64,000 nt of DNA from Octopus vulgaris (GCA_951406725.2 OX597833.1:72106001-72170000), one strand, 5' to 3'. Numbered from the stretch's first letter, positions 12,516 to 24,749 are shown. Program-made: numbers and translations. Notes: generated by a model not told the origin, from the sequence alone.

Positions 12516-13964
12516 CTGTTATCTCCTAGACATAATCATCATCCTCATCATTTAATGTCCTTTTCTCCATAGTCACATGAGTTGTACAGTTGACAAGAAC
12601 AGGTGAGCCCAAGGGATCTGCCTTGTTCTGTGTTTACTTTGGCATGATTTCTACTGCTGGATGCCCTTCCTAATTCCATCCACCTACCAGAGTGTACTGG
12701 GTACTTTTAATGTGGTACTGGCACTGGTGAGGTTACCCAGTACCCAGAACATAAGATCCCTCAACTAAATAGAGTATAGACTGGTGGAATAAGAAACTAT
12801 GATAGACAAAGAAGAGTAGGTGTCTTGATGAAGAAATGAGAACATGGCTTGCCTACCTGGAAAGTGAGAGGGAGAAAGAAAGAGATGTAAGGGTCCAGGG
12901 AGAAGGTGAATATGAGACAGAATAGAAGAGGTGAATGTGTTGGTGAGTGTGCACTGAGTAAAAATAGTGTGACAAATGATTAGAGATAGGGAATGAGTTG
13001 GATAGAGAGGATATCAGTTCAGTGTAGGGGAAAGTGAGGAAAATAGAGTAACAGAAGACTGATGGAAGAGCAGATATCAGAAAATGAGTTGTGGTGGCAG
13101 GATTGACAAAGCTTCAATTCTGCAGATATGGACTTTTATAGTTTGTACGTTTCCAGAATGACATTCAAGCAATCAAAGACATGAAATAAAACAGTGAAAC
13201 CTACTTTTTTGGTTGGATAGGGAAATAATAATAGTAATGCACAATAAAAATCAATATAAATGCCAGGATCCTTAGTGAATTTGGTTGCTTGACATGCTAA
13301 AAAGAGTAAACAATTGCCCTCAAATCTCAGTTTATCATTCTGAAAAAAAAAAAAGAGACGTATTTGATAATGTAGTTCTAGATATACCATTTGAAAATAA
13401 AAAAGAATGTTCACAACAAGAATGCGTTTGGCTCAGGGTTAATCTGAGGTTAAAAAACAGCAACAACATAATTCATATTGTCCTATTGTTAATGGGACAT
13501 AGCTGAGCAATAAAGATTTAGATGTAATTGAAATCATATACTTCCACAAAAAGGAAATAATTACACCTCACACTTATCAAAAATATGTTAAGTGTTGTTT
13601 ATTGAACTGGTTGTATTATCTACAAAGTCAAGAGGTACATGTAATTCTCCGTTTAATATGGATTTAACCTAAGATTATAATCTTAGGTCAATGATTGTAA
13701 TATGACTTATATTAGATAATTATCTAACATAGGTCATATTGTAGTCATTGCTATTTCCAGCTATTTGGGAAATTCCATGTTTTCTTAGTTCCCTTTGAAA
13801 ACAATGTTTTTGGAGAACAGCAGTTTCAAACTTGTGTGTTATGGGTTAGATCTTATTTTTCAAATATTTTGCAAAAACGGGCACTTTAGCTTAATGGGAA
13901 AGTACTCAGCTGGTCTCTGAAAGATGCAGGCTTGAGTCCCATGGCTATTTGTTGACAACTTTAG

Positions 13965-14358
13965 GTGCAGATGTCGCTGTATGGTAAGAAGCTTGCTACC
14001 CAACCACATGGTTCTGGATTCAGTCCCACTGCATGGCACCTTGGACAAGAGTCTTCTATTATAGTCTCAGGCTGACTGAAGTCTTGTGAGTGGATCTGGT
14101 AGACAGAAACTGAAAGAAGCCCATCGTATATATATGTATATGTGTGTGTGTCTGTGTCTGTGTTTGTTCCCCATCACTGCTTGACAATCAGTGTTGGTGT
14201 GTTACATCCCTGTAACTTAGCGGTTCAGCAAAGGAGAATGATAGAGTAAGTACTAGGCTTTTAAACAATAGTCCTGGGGTCGATTTGTTTGACTAAAACC
14301 CTTCAAGGCTGTGTTCAAGCATGGCTGCAGTTAAATGACTGGAAGAAGTAAAAGAATA
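13965..14358 (+). mobile_element. SINE family B, CpG-decayed
   Basis: Colinear with 52581-53019. Confidence 0.85.
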
Positions 14359-16647
14359 AAGCAATAAAACAACGCTACCCCGAGCCATAGAAGACATAAT
14401 AAGGGATACAATGTTTACTGCAACCAAAAACCTAAGTTTAATTGTGGTATAATTCTGAGAATGTTGCAAAGACAAGATAATTTATTTTTCAAAAATTTAA
14501 ATGAAATGTAATATATTCACTAATATGTCATACAGTAAGCCAAAAACAAAATATAAGCCACAACACATTTATTTCTAACAAAAACTAAGAAATATTTCCC
14601 CAAGAAAAATATCAATGTTTATTTAATTAAATTTGAGGAAAATTGTTTTGATTTAAATATGAAAAATTGAGAGCCATGGAGATTTATCCTCTTGTCAAAA
14701 TGGTTGAGATAGTAAAAGTTTAGAAACTTCTTAGCGTAAAAGACTACAGTAGTCACATTTTGTATGACTTAGAGGAGGAAGATCAGCATCATAGCCCTTT
14801 TAAGGGCCTTAAAGCACCTATAATAAAAGTATTAAAGTGGATGATTGAGCAACCTGAGCAACCTGCATGTCAAATACAATGGTTTGAAAGCAGGGACTAA
14901 ATAGCCAAATCGGTTCAAAGAATGTTTTTCAGTATGCTACACAATTACTCAGTTTGGTTAGAAATGAGTAATGTAATATCACCAAAAAAGCATGTTTTCA
15001 TTGACTTGGTTCAGTGTATGTCAATCAATGAGTATGTTGTCTTAAAGTAGCTTAGTTTTGTAAAGAATGATTTGAAGGTAAATTTACATAGATCTTCTAC
15101 AAGTGCTACAAATGGAAGCAAGCATGGCTATGTAGTTTAACAGTTCATCTCACAACTATGTAGTTTTGGGTATGATTTCACTAGACTGCACCTTCGGAAA
15201 GTGTCATGTACCATATAGTTTATGCAGACATGAAATTTGATTCCCACGGGTGATATTACAACTTTTCCTTTGTATGTTAATCATATCTTGACACTGTTAA
15301 CTGAATTCCCCATTGACAGGCCAATGCACATCGACAAAGACTGTAAACAATGTTGAGAAAACCAGCAAACTCATGCTTTTGAACTTAAAAATACCGTGTG
15401 TGGTATTTGTTCTACCTAAATTATGCAGATACTTGTTTATTATCCTCATGGCTCATTGAAGACCTGGAGCCAACAACACAATTGTTCACAAAATACCATA
15501 CAAAATATATATATAAATAAAACAAGATTCTGTGGTTTTCCAGTTTTCAACATTGTCCTCTGATTAGGCAACTTGCCCAGACTAATGCAACTCTTCCATA
15601 TCAAATATCCCAATTGTGCTCTGCAGTATGACCATCTGGCTTGGGTTTTAGTCACATTTGGTCTCTTGCTAGCAGAAATATCTCACCTGTGCATGCCATG
15701 ACTACAGATGATAGCAGTAGTTCACTAATCGAACTGATTGATCCTGGCTATTGGTAGTTTGTTGTTTGTTCATTAGCTCAGTGTCAAGTGATACTTGTTG
15801 ATGACAAAATTTCATCTGCTGAAATTGTTCACATCCACAATGCTGCATCCCATGATTTTAAGGTACCTTGGCTCAGGTGGTTACATGCTGTTTAACCCAT
15901 AGCTAGGACCCAGATAGGTGGGTCAGAGTAGACCTGGGAACAATAATGCCTAAGAGGTAATTCCACACTTGTCAAAACCTGGAACTTCCAAACTAGGGCC
16001 TCCATTACCAATATTTTTTTCTTTTCAATGTATAAATTGTTTTGTGGATTTATTTAGATTTAATCTGTTTACAAACTGTTATTTAGTCCTAGGTCAGCAC
16101 TACGTAAAAGAACAATGACCAGAAGCTTTTCAGTGAGCACTACCCCATGCTTTAATGTCTTTTCTGGTGCACAGTTATGTAAGACTACAATATCCAATGT
16201 AACCTTGCTTTTCTTTTTAAAACAATCTTGTGTGATTGTTGGAGAGTGGGTTGGAGGTTGAGGTGGAGTCAGATCAAACTGCTCTTTTGAACAGGCCAAG
16301 CAACAATGTAGAGGCCCCTTCATAGGCTTGATGATGGTTTTAGTGTTGTTGGTAGTGGTTATTCTTGTTTAATCTCAGGTCAGCCCTGCTCAAGCAGACC
16401 TGTAATTAAAGGTGTTCCAAATTGGTTAAAAGAGTAGGATTTTGGGTAAATGGAAATAATCACAGGAAAAATATTGCATAACATTTAAATACTATAAATA
16501 ATAGTTGCAGTAATGTTACATATAATAGAATGCGATGTGTGTTTCAACAGTCCCTCTAGTAAAAAAAGGCTAAAACAACAAACAGAGTGGGAGTGAGTGA
16601 TAGTTAGAAATGCTAGATGCAGGTGAACCGTAATGAGCTTTGAAGTC

Positions 16648-17342
16648 TGTGGTGTTGGCAGTCGGTGTTATGGGACGTGATGAGCTAGGTGGAGAGGATG
16701 ACAGATGAGGTGGGGGAAGTAGGGCTTGCAGGGGCCGGTGGAAGACTGCAGGGTGCATGTGTCGCAGGAAGCAGAAGAGGTCAAGCAGGACGCACGTGTG
16801 GTCATTGACGAAGGGCCAGTTTGAGGATAGACGACGAAGCGACAGGACGTGTCGAATTCATGAGAGACCGCTGATCTTCACTGAGGTAAGGCCTTTTGTA
16901 TTTCTTTCTCCTGTTGTCCTCTTCATCCATCACACTACAAGCTATTTCGGCTCACAAAAAAAAAAAAAAACGATGAGTGCCCGTATTTCGAACGAGATGA
17001 TCAAACCATTTTGCAGCGACACAGATGTGGTTGCTTGGTTGAAGAAGGTGAAGTTGGTGGCGAAGCTCCATGGTATAAGCGACCTAGCGAGTTTTATACC
17101 GCTGTACTTGGATAGTCTGGCATTGGTGCTGTATCTAGAGATGGAGGAGATGGACCAACTCAGCGCAGAGAAAGTAGAAATCCGGTTGATGGAGGCCTTT
17201 GCGGAGGGAATGTTTGAGGCATATGCTCGACAGGATGTGTCGAATTCGTGAGAGACTGCTGATCTTCGCTGAGGTAAGGCCTTTTGTATTTCTTTCTCCC
17301 GTTGCTTCTTCTTCTGTTGTCCTCTTCATCCATCACACTACA
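16648..17342 (+). mobile_element. internally deleted LTR retrotransposon, probably Ty3/Gypsy: 5' LTR 16648-16939, PBS 16940-16951, gag N-terminus 16973-17227, truncated 3' LTR 17228-17342
   Basis: TGT...ACA termini; perfect 5-bp TSD AAGTC (16643-16647 / 17343-17347); 16840-16939 is repeated at 17228-17342; gag-like MSARISNEMIKPF...DVVAWLKKVKLVAKL...FIPLYL. Confidence 0.88.
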
Positions 17343-17429
17343 AAGTCACTGGTATCTTAATCAAAATAAAACTGCAAATTTTTATCATGAATCGAATTTA
17401 GTTTATCAGTTTCATACACTCACACACAC

Positions 17430-17482
<53 letters not shown>

Positions 17483-17639
17483 CACACACAACTATATATA
17501 TATGAAATTAAATATTAAACTCTTTTATTATCAAAATACTATTTCCTTTTCCCAGTAAAGAAAAACATATATTACAGATTTCATTGACCTAGCAGTCCAG
17601 AGTCCATCATTGACCAGACCACTTTAACTGGCACTCTAT

Positions 17640-17900
17640 TGGTTATGATAATGAGGGTTCCAGTTGATGCTATCAATGGAATAGCCTGTTGCAATGTGCA
17701 AGTAGCTGAGCACTCCACAGACACATGTTCCCTTAATGTAGTTCAGCATGACACAGAATGTGAATTACAGGTACAACTCATTTTTGCCAGCTGAATGAAC
17801 TGGAGCAATGTGAAATATAGCGTCTTGCTCAAGGACACAATGTATCTCTGGGAATTGAACTCATGACCTTTTGATTGTGAGCCAATTACCCTAAGCTTCA
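17640..17900 (-). mobile_element. tRNA-derived SINE, family D
   Basis: Minus-strand head GAGTTCAATTCC followed by TGTGTCCTTGAGCAAGAC. Confidence 0.6.
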
Positions 17901-18022
17901 CTTGACAAGACCAAGGAAGGTCAAGATCACATTATCTGGTGGTCTCGGTGCTAGAGATGGTGAGGGTTTATCTACCCACTCACACACACTCACTAATAAT
18001 ATAAACAGAGTGCATTTTGCAC

Positions 18023-18410
18023 CATCATCATCATCATTGTTCGACCGTGGTCGAGACAATGGAATTTACTATGTTACGCCAGACTTCACGGTCCATCATA
18101 GCATTACGGAGGTCCTGTTGCTGGATGCCTGTATCCCTGGAGATTACATCAGGGTAGGAGAGTGTGCGCCCTCTGGTATTGCGAGTAGATGGCTTCCAGA
18201 GGAGAAGAGTAGAAATTACTTCTTTTTCAGCTCTACAACAATGACCAGCAAACTGGACTCTCCTACCTTTCACAAGGGATGACACAGGTGGTAGTTTCCA
18301 ATATATTTGCATTTTGGTTGGATGGCGCTTCCACAAGAGATTTTGAGCTCTCATAAGGAGGCGAGTGTAGGTTCCATCCAACCGCCTCTCAAGCTTCTTT
18401 GCACCATAGA
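18023..18410 (-). mobile_element. RTE-like LINE 3' end with (TGA)n tail
   Basis: ORF 18034-18432 (LERRLDGTYTRLLMR...FAGHCCR...AMMDREVWR) is an RT C-terminus; same family as 62181-62680. Confidence 0.85.
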
Positions 18411-18599
18411 CCAATATGAGAGTTTCTCTCATGGTATCTAGAGAAATATAGTTTGTTCTAAGAGAACATCCATGTTTAAGTGGGGATAAATATTACATTC
18501 TAATTGTCAGGAGACATGAGGACGGTTGTAGAGACACTACCTCAGTAGTGGTCAGCACATACATACATGACTGCATGCATGTAAACGTACATGTAACTG

Positions 18600-20165
18600 A
18601 TACATACAACTAATAAAGTAACACTTTTGTTATGGACAGAATCAAGCTATCAACAACATATTCCAGAGTGATAGCTTCTCTATAATGTTTGTCCTAGCAG
18701 TGAACCCCTTGTCAGCCCTGTTATCAAAGTGCCAAAGCTGCATGCTGGGACATACAGAAAAGAATAAAATTAATGTCATCCACTCATTTTTTGTTAATGA
18801 CCTAAAGTTATATTCTGGTAACACGAACAAAATCAAGACAATTAGAAATATTCACAACATTCTCACAAGACATAGAAATGGAATGTGGGCAGGATAACTG
18901 CTCGGACACGAAAGTCAGCCAAGGAAAAATTGTCAACCAGGCAGAGAACATGTATATCAATAGCTTGTCTCTCTCCCTTACATCTAATGATGAAAACTAT
19001 AGATATCTTGGTATTGACGAGAATGTTGCATACATTAGTGCTGTGACTAACACCAGAATAGCAAAGGACTACTTCTGAAGGCTCCAGAAAATATGGAACT
19101 CGGAGCTGTCTACATTTAACAAGACCATATCTCACAATATTTTTACAGTGCCAGTGCTATTACCAACATTTGGGTACTAACACTGGCACTGCAAAAGCAT
19201 TGTGGACTGGATGCTTGATGAGATCTGGAGCCTGGACATCAAAACTAGAAAGGTACTGACCACTTCCACATCAACAGTGACACCAGTAGGATGTATGTGA
19301 GACAAAGTGATGGTGGTAGAGGCATGAGGTCTGTTCAAACAGCCTTTGAATGTTGCCTTGTATCACTCGCACAACACCTGCTGAACAGTAAAGAAAAAGA
19401 TGTGTCCATTTCATGCATATTCAAAAGTGAGAGCAACAATATCTTCTGAGTTGGAGAAGAACTACTGTGCAGGTTCTCTGAGAATACAACTGTCTCTTGT
19501 GACTCAAAGGAGGCTGGACTGGCCTACATAGAAGCAGGCTGTGTACCAGCAAAAAGTAATGCATGGGTACATATCCTGTAAGCTAGAGTATTACAACAGC
19601 ATTGACAGGAAGAGTAGTTTCTCTTGGATCTGTGATACCTACATCCCACCTTGAAGGAAATACCTTCACTATCCAGGAATGGAGACAGCTACTAAGTACC
19701 TGATAAACAAGGAAAACAAAGATACATCCAGACTTCCACATTGTGATAGAAAATGTCAGCTCTGCTATGTGTGGAAGATATCGTCCACAACATCACCAGC
19801 TGCCCCCAAATGTCTATGAGTCACTATCTGCCCCTGAGATATAATATATTTGCAAAGACTATTTTCAGTGCTATCTGCAAGAAGGACTGTCCTGATGTAT
19901 ACATCAAAAGCATGTCAGAACCAGCATGCATTTGCATCTTTACAAACAAGGAATACTGGTGGAACCCTCCAATAAAAACAGCAATTCAGTGCAAACATAA
20001 TAGAGCTGATATTGTTCACTGGGACAGAGAACAAAAGACATGCCCTGTTATAGAGGTCAGCGGCCTGGTGGATGTGAACGTACCAGGCAGAGAGCATTTA
20101 TGGTGAATTAATGAGGAACTTACAGCTATTATATCCTGACTATAAATTCTCATTTATACTATGTC
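18600..20165 (+). mobile_element. degenerate R4/Dong-like LINE (RT, CCHC knuckle and RLE)
   Basis: Remnants include FVLAVNPLS, FFVNDLKLY (YxDD-like), YRYLGI, HNITSCPQM and HNRADIVHWDREQKTCPVIEVS. Confidence 0.85.
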
Positions 20166-20218
20166 TATACATGCACATATATTTTGAGTGTGAATGTGTG
20201 TGTGCACGAGTATATGTG

Positions 20219-20258
<40 letters not shown>

Positions 20259-20276
20259 TTATATTATACGTATATA

Positions 20277-20335
20277 CTAGCAGAGGTACCTAGCCTTGCT
20301 CAGGATTAAAATAGCATAGTCTTTCTATTGTTTTA
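20277..20335 (-). mobile_element. Helitron-like 3' end (hairpin plus CTAG)
   Basis: Inverse of 23845-23902; ends ...CTGCTAG followed by T. Confidence 0.55.
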
Positions 20336-20652
20336 TTTGTTGTAAGTCTAGTAATTATTCTGTTGCTGTCTTTTACCGAACCACTAAGTTATGGGAATGT
20401 AGACTCAGCAACATCAGCTGTCTAGCAATGGTGAGGGTACGAACACAGACAGATGCACACATAAATATACACATATATACAACAGTCTTCTTTCAGTTTC
20501 CATGTACGTAATCCACTCACAAGGCTTTAGTCAGTTTGAGGCTATAATATTCCATTTTCCTGAGCGCCTAATAATAATAATACTGTAATTGTTCCACGTG
20601 TTGTTGTTTTTTCTGTTTTCCCGTTTGGATTAACCTTACATATATATATATA

Positions 20653-20697
<45 letters not shown>

Positions 20698-20699
<2 letters not shown>

Positions 20700-21050
20700 T
20701 CATCATCATCATCATTGTTTAACATCCGCTTTCCATGCTAGCATGGGTTGGACGATTTGACTGAGGACTGGCGAACCAGATGGCTGCATCATGCTCCAAT
20801 CTTGATCTGGCAGAGTTTCTATAGCTGGATTCCCTTCCTAATGCCAACCACTCCAAGAGTGTAGTGGATGCTTTTACGTACCACTGGCACAAGGGCAGTA
20901 CTGGCAGTACTGGAGTCAGGTGGTACTGGAGTCAGATGGTACTGGAGTCAGGTGGTACTGGCAATGTCACTCTCAAATGGTGCTTTTTACATGCCACCTG
21001 CATAGGGGCCAGTCCAGTGGCACTGGCATCGACCTCACTCAAATGTTTTT
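20698..21050 (-). mobile_element. RTE-like 3' UTR with (GAT)n tail
   Basis: Inverse of about 42700-42935. Confidence 0.7.
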
Positions 21051-21059
21051 TCTTTGCCT

Positions 21060-21138
21060 CAATAATCATAATTGAGTAGAATCATTAAGATTACTTTAAA
21101 GCAATTAAGCCCCAAGCAACGCCGGGCACTTCTGCTAG
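21060..21138 (+). mobile_element. Helitron-like 3' end
   Basis: CCCAAGCAACGCCGGG hairpin, spacer, then CTAG followed by T. Confidence 0.5.
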
Positions 21139-22432
21139 TATATTATATTGAAAGTAATAGAAATGAAAGTACAGTCTCTGAAGACAATGGCAAAAATGTA
21201 CTTAAAACTATACTTCCACAGACAACAGCTAAATATTTGGAATTGTCACCCTTCGCCACTGCAACAGTTATGTTAACTAATGTGTTTTCCTAATTGACTA
21301 ATTAAATACACTGTGCTTATTTTTGTTGTTGAAATACTGAAACCCAAAGTTCTGTAATACAGAAATTTGCCGTCAGCATATCTTTATTATTAAATTAAAT
21401 TATCAATTAACCTATACTATTGTTGAATTATTCAGTATCTCACATTTTGGCAAAAGACCTTTGTCCGAGACGTTAGACAATCAAATTTACGGCAACCAAC
21501 TTACTCTTACAAACCCTATATGAAACTTTATATTATCTAATCTCATTTTCAGTAAAATCTTAATAGTCAATTTATTTGTTTATTTTTATCTTGATTTTAA
21601 TCAGTAAATTGATTCACACCGTGCTGTTTGTTTGTTCAAATGTGTTTATATTTGTTTGTTGACGCAGTAAAAAAATATATAAAACACTAAACATTGAGAG
21701 AGAACACTTAAACAATTACTCTCTCATTAAGATTTGCTCAGGTCAACCCGTTTCTTTAAGATTATTATTACACTAACTTTACTCTTAATCAGGCTAAATC
21801 TAAACTATAATTAGGCATCTTGAGAATGTTAAAAATGAACTAAATTTAAAACTAAGGAAGGGTTATGATTGCAAGCTTCCCCTACGTGCCTATGTATTAG
21901 TGTAATCAATCTATTCTCTCATCCCTCTTATTTTCACGATTTTTCCCACTCATTTTATTTAAAGCATCTTTTTCTGTGTGTGTATATGTACACATATTTA
22001 CGTAAATAAACACCCACCAGAATACATTCATACAAATATACAAACAGACAGACACACGCACAAACATAACATACACGAAAATGAACACGCACACACACAT
22101 AAAACCAGAACATGCTTATACTGTAGGCTCTCACAAGTTTCACATAATGAGTTAAAAACATCGATGAACTGAGATTATCATTGTCATTAGTAAGCAAAAT
22201 CTTCCTCGGTGGGCTTTTAAAGTTAAAGAAATTAAGAATAATAACTCGTGGAGTAAGTCAGTGGAAATTGTCCAAAGGTAAAGATGATGCAAATAGGAGT
22301 GGAGCTTTTCAAAACCAATGTTCACCACTTGGTTTTAAAGATAAGATCCCCTCGTATGTAAAAGCAACATACATATATATATAATGTGTATACATATATA
22401 TATATAATGTGTATATATATTATGTATGTATG

Positions 22433-22477
<45 letters not shown>

Positions 22478-22485
22478 ATATATAT

Positions 22486-22519
<34 letters not shown>

Positions 22520-22520
<1 letters not shown>

Positions 22521-22733
22521 TTCAAAATGTGACCGCGTGTGTACCATAGGCGATTTTTTTTTCCTCCGTCTTCCCTTCTCTGGATCTTTCCGTTTCCTAT
22601 GTTTCTGACGAAGAGCTCTGCTCGAAACGTAAAACCCTCCTTCTTCCCTTCCTTCCTGAGCATCCAATAATACTATATTTGTTCCACGTCCTCACGTTGT
22701 TGTGTTTTCTCTTTGCGTTTTCATGTTTGGATT

Positions 22734-22738
<5 letters not shown>
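22520..22738 (+). mobile_element. about 220-bp Penelope pLTR- or retrozyme-like element embedded in (TA)n
   Basis: Flanked by (TA)n on both sides; carries a hammerhead motif; its 3' part is repeated at about 20555-20637. Confidence 0.6.
22601..22635 (+). ncRNA. minimal hammerhead ribozyme
   Basis: GTTT-CTGACGA-A-GAGC-TCT-GCTC-GAAAC-GTA-AAAC; stem I GTTT/AAAC; palindromic ACGT in place of stem III. Confidence 0.7.
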
Positions 22739-22813
<75 letters not shown>

Positions 22814-22904
22814 ATATATATGTATATTGCAAATAAGAAAATGGAGGAGAACAATAGGTGGTTCATCAACTTTTGGACATTAAAATGTTAACTTCTTTAT
22901 TTAT

Positions 22905-23213
22905 TAAACTGATGATTATAACATACATACATATAGCATATTATTCTTTGCATATAAGATATAAAATATAGTAATATATAAGGATACCAGTAATTATTAT
23001 AATAAACATGAATATAAATTGGTAAAATAACTTACAGCTGTTTCAGCCAACTTTTATCTATTGGCTGAAACAGCTGTAAGTTATTTTACCAATTTATATT
23101 CATGTTTATTATAATAATTACTGGTATCCTTATATATTACTATATTTTATATCTTATATCTTATATGCAAAGAATAATATGCTATATGTATGTATGTTAT
23201 AATCATCAGTTTA
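22905..23213. repeat. near-perfect palindrome (146/153-bp arms, 10-nt spacer), probably an inverted Penelope pLTR
   Basis: Arms 22905-23050 and 23061-23213 differ by a 7-nt duplication; both contain GAAACAGCTGTA. Confidence 0.9.
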
Positions 23214-23844
23214 TTAACCCCCATGAGCCTTATTCCCTCTGCCATGCCATTTGAATTTACGTGACGGCAGTTTTCCGTAAAAGTATGCTTTGCAATGGGC
23301 AAGGCACAGGAACAGTAGTTACAAGTAGATGGCCTAAATCTGACACAGCAGGTATTTACCCATGGTCAACTATACGTCGGATGTTAATCCGGCCAACACC
23401 AGGAACGTTGTCTACAAAGACACCCTGCAATAACACTTTTGAACTTATGGCCATTACTCTCCCATTGCTGGAGTCATTGTCAGTTTATCAATTTTTTAGC
23501 CCAACTGCATCCACCTTCTTCACGTTGCTGGCCACCTCTGCCAGTCAAACTCGCAACACATATCGTATCCAAAACATTGTAAGTGCAGTCGTATTGTATT
23601 ATTTCAGTTTTGTGAAACAACCTGATTGGTGTTTTGTTTTTCCAGCATTTTCCCTTTATTCTTTGTCCTTCACATCTGCATCCGCAAGGTTCCTCCAGTC
23701 GCTTCTCAAAGACTTTTTAAACATTTGGCATACTTTTTTTTATTACCAATTTTCATTTCTTTGTTTTTTTTTTGGAATTCCTCATCTTTAAAATGTGGCC
23801 CGAGTAGACCCGAATGAAATCGGGTTATAATACTGAAACAAGTA

Positions 23845-23902
23845 AAACAACAAAAAAAACTATGCTATTTTAATCCTGAGCAAGGCCGGGTTTCTCTGCT
23901 AG
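23845..23902 (+). mobile_element. Helitron-like 3' end
   Basis: CCTGAGCAAGGCCGGG hairpin then TTTCTCTG-CTAG followed by T. Confidence 0.55.
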
Positions 23903-23986
23903 TAAATTATAAATAAGAATTGCACCCGTATTGTAACGTTGGGGAACCACTTGATTGTTAAATTTCTTTAAGCGTTTTCAGCTGAC

Positions 23987-24300
23987 AGATCGATTATACT
24001 GACCCTAGTGATCAACTGGTACTTATTTTATCAACGCCAAAAGGAGGAAAGGCAAAGTTAACCGTGGCAGAATTTGAACTCAGAACGTAAAGATGGACGA
24101 AATGTCGCAAAGGATTTTACCCAGTGTGCTAACGATTCTGCCTCATTGCCACCTTATAGTTAAGAAATATTCTTTTCTACTCTAGGCACAAGGCCCAAAA
24201 TTTTGGCGAGGGGGCCAGTTGATTAGATCGACCCCAGTTCGCAACTGGTACTTAGTTTATCGACCCCGAAAGGATGAAAGGCAAAGTCAACCTCGGCAGA
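23987..24300 (-). mobile_element. two adjacent SINE family A fragments
   Basis: Inverse of 3789-4172; the second fragment is flanked by AGTTAAGAAATATT/AGCTAAGAAATATT. Confidence 0.8.
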
Positions 24301-24749
24301 GCTAAGAAATATTAAAAAGTAATGAGGTTTGTGTATGTATGTATGTATAACTGTGTATAATCAATAAATTCAATCAGAAGAAAATTGTCGAAGTTGACAC
24401 ACGTCATGGTTCTTATATAAATTGTCTTAAGAATGGACTTCAACATTTGGTTAATATACCACACTATTGAAACTCGTGTAGTGATGTTTTGAGATATCCA
24501 TTCGTTTTTATTTACTAAATAATTCACTGCGTAACACATGGCCAATTATGCGTTTGATACAAATAGAAATTTGCAGGATTCTGGTTTTGTTTTTAGAGTT
24601 AAGAGAAACACAGGCTGCCCCCCTCGTAGCCAGGTTTAGCTTTTGTCACTGACCCACTTCTGAATCACCTGGAATAATTTCTTTCAGTGTAATCTGTTTA
24701 GCCAAGAGTAGTACTTGGATGTGCCAAGATCTATTTGATCTCCTTTGTT

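Noticed and set aside
22909-22915. CTGATGA at the outer end of the palindrome arm
   Set aside because: Not followed by stem II and GAAA; chance match.
23261-23791. 176-aa ORF
   Set aside because: GTG start, no recognisable domain, lies in probable transposon cargo.
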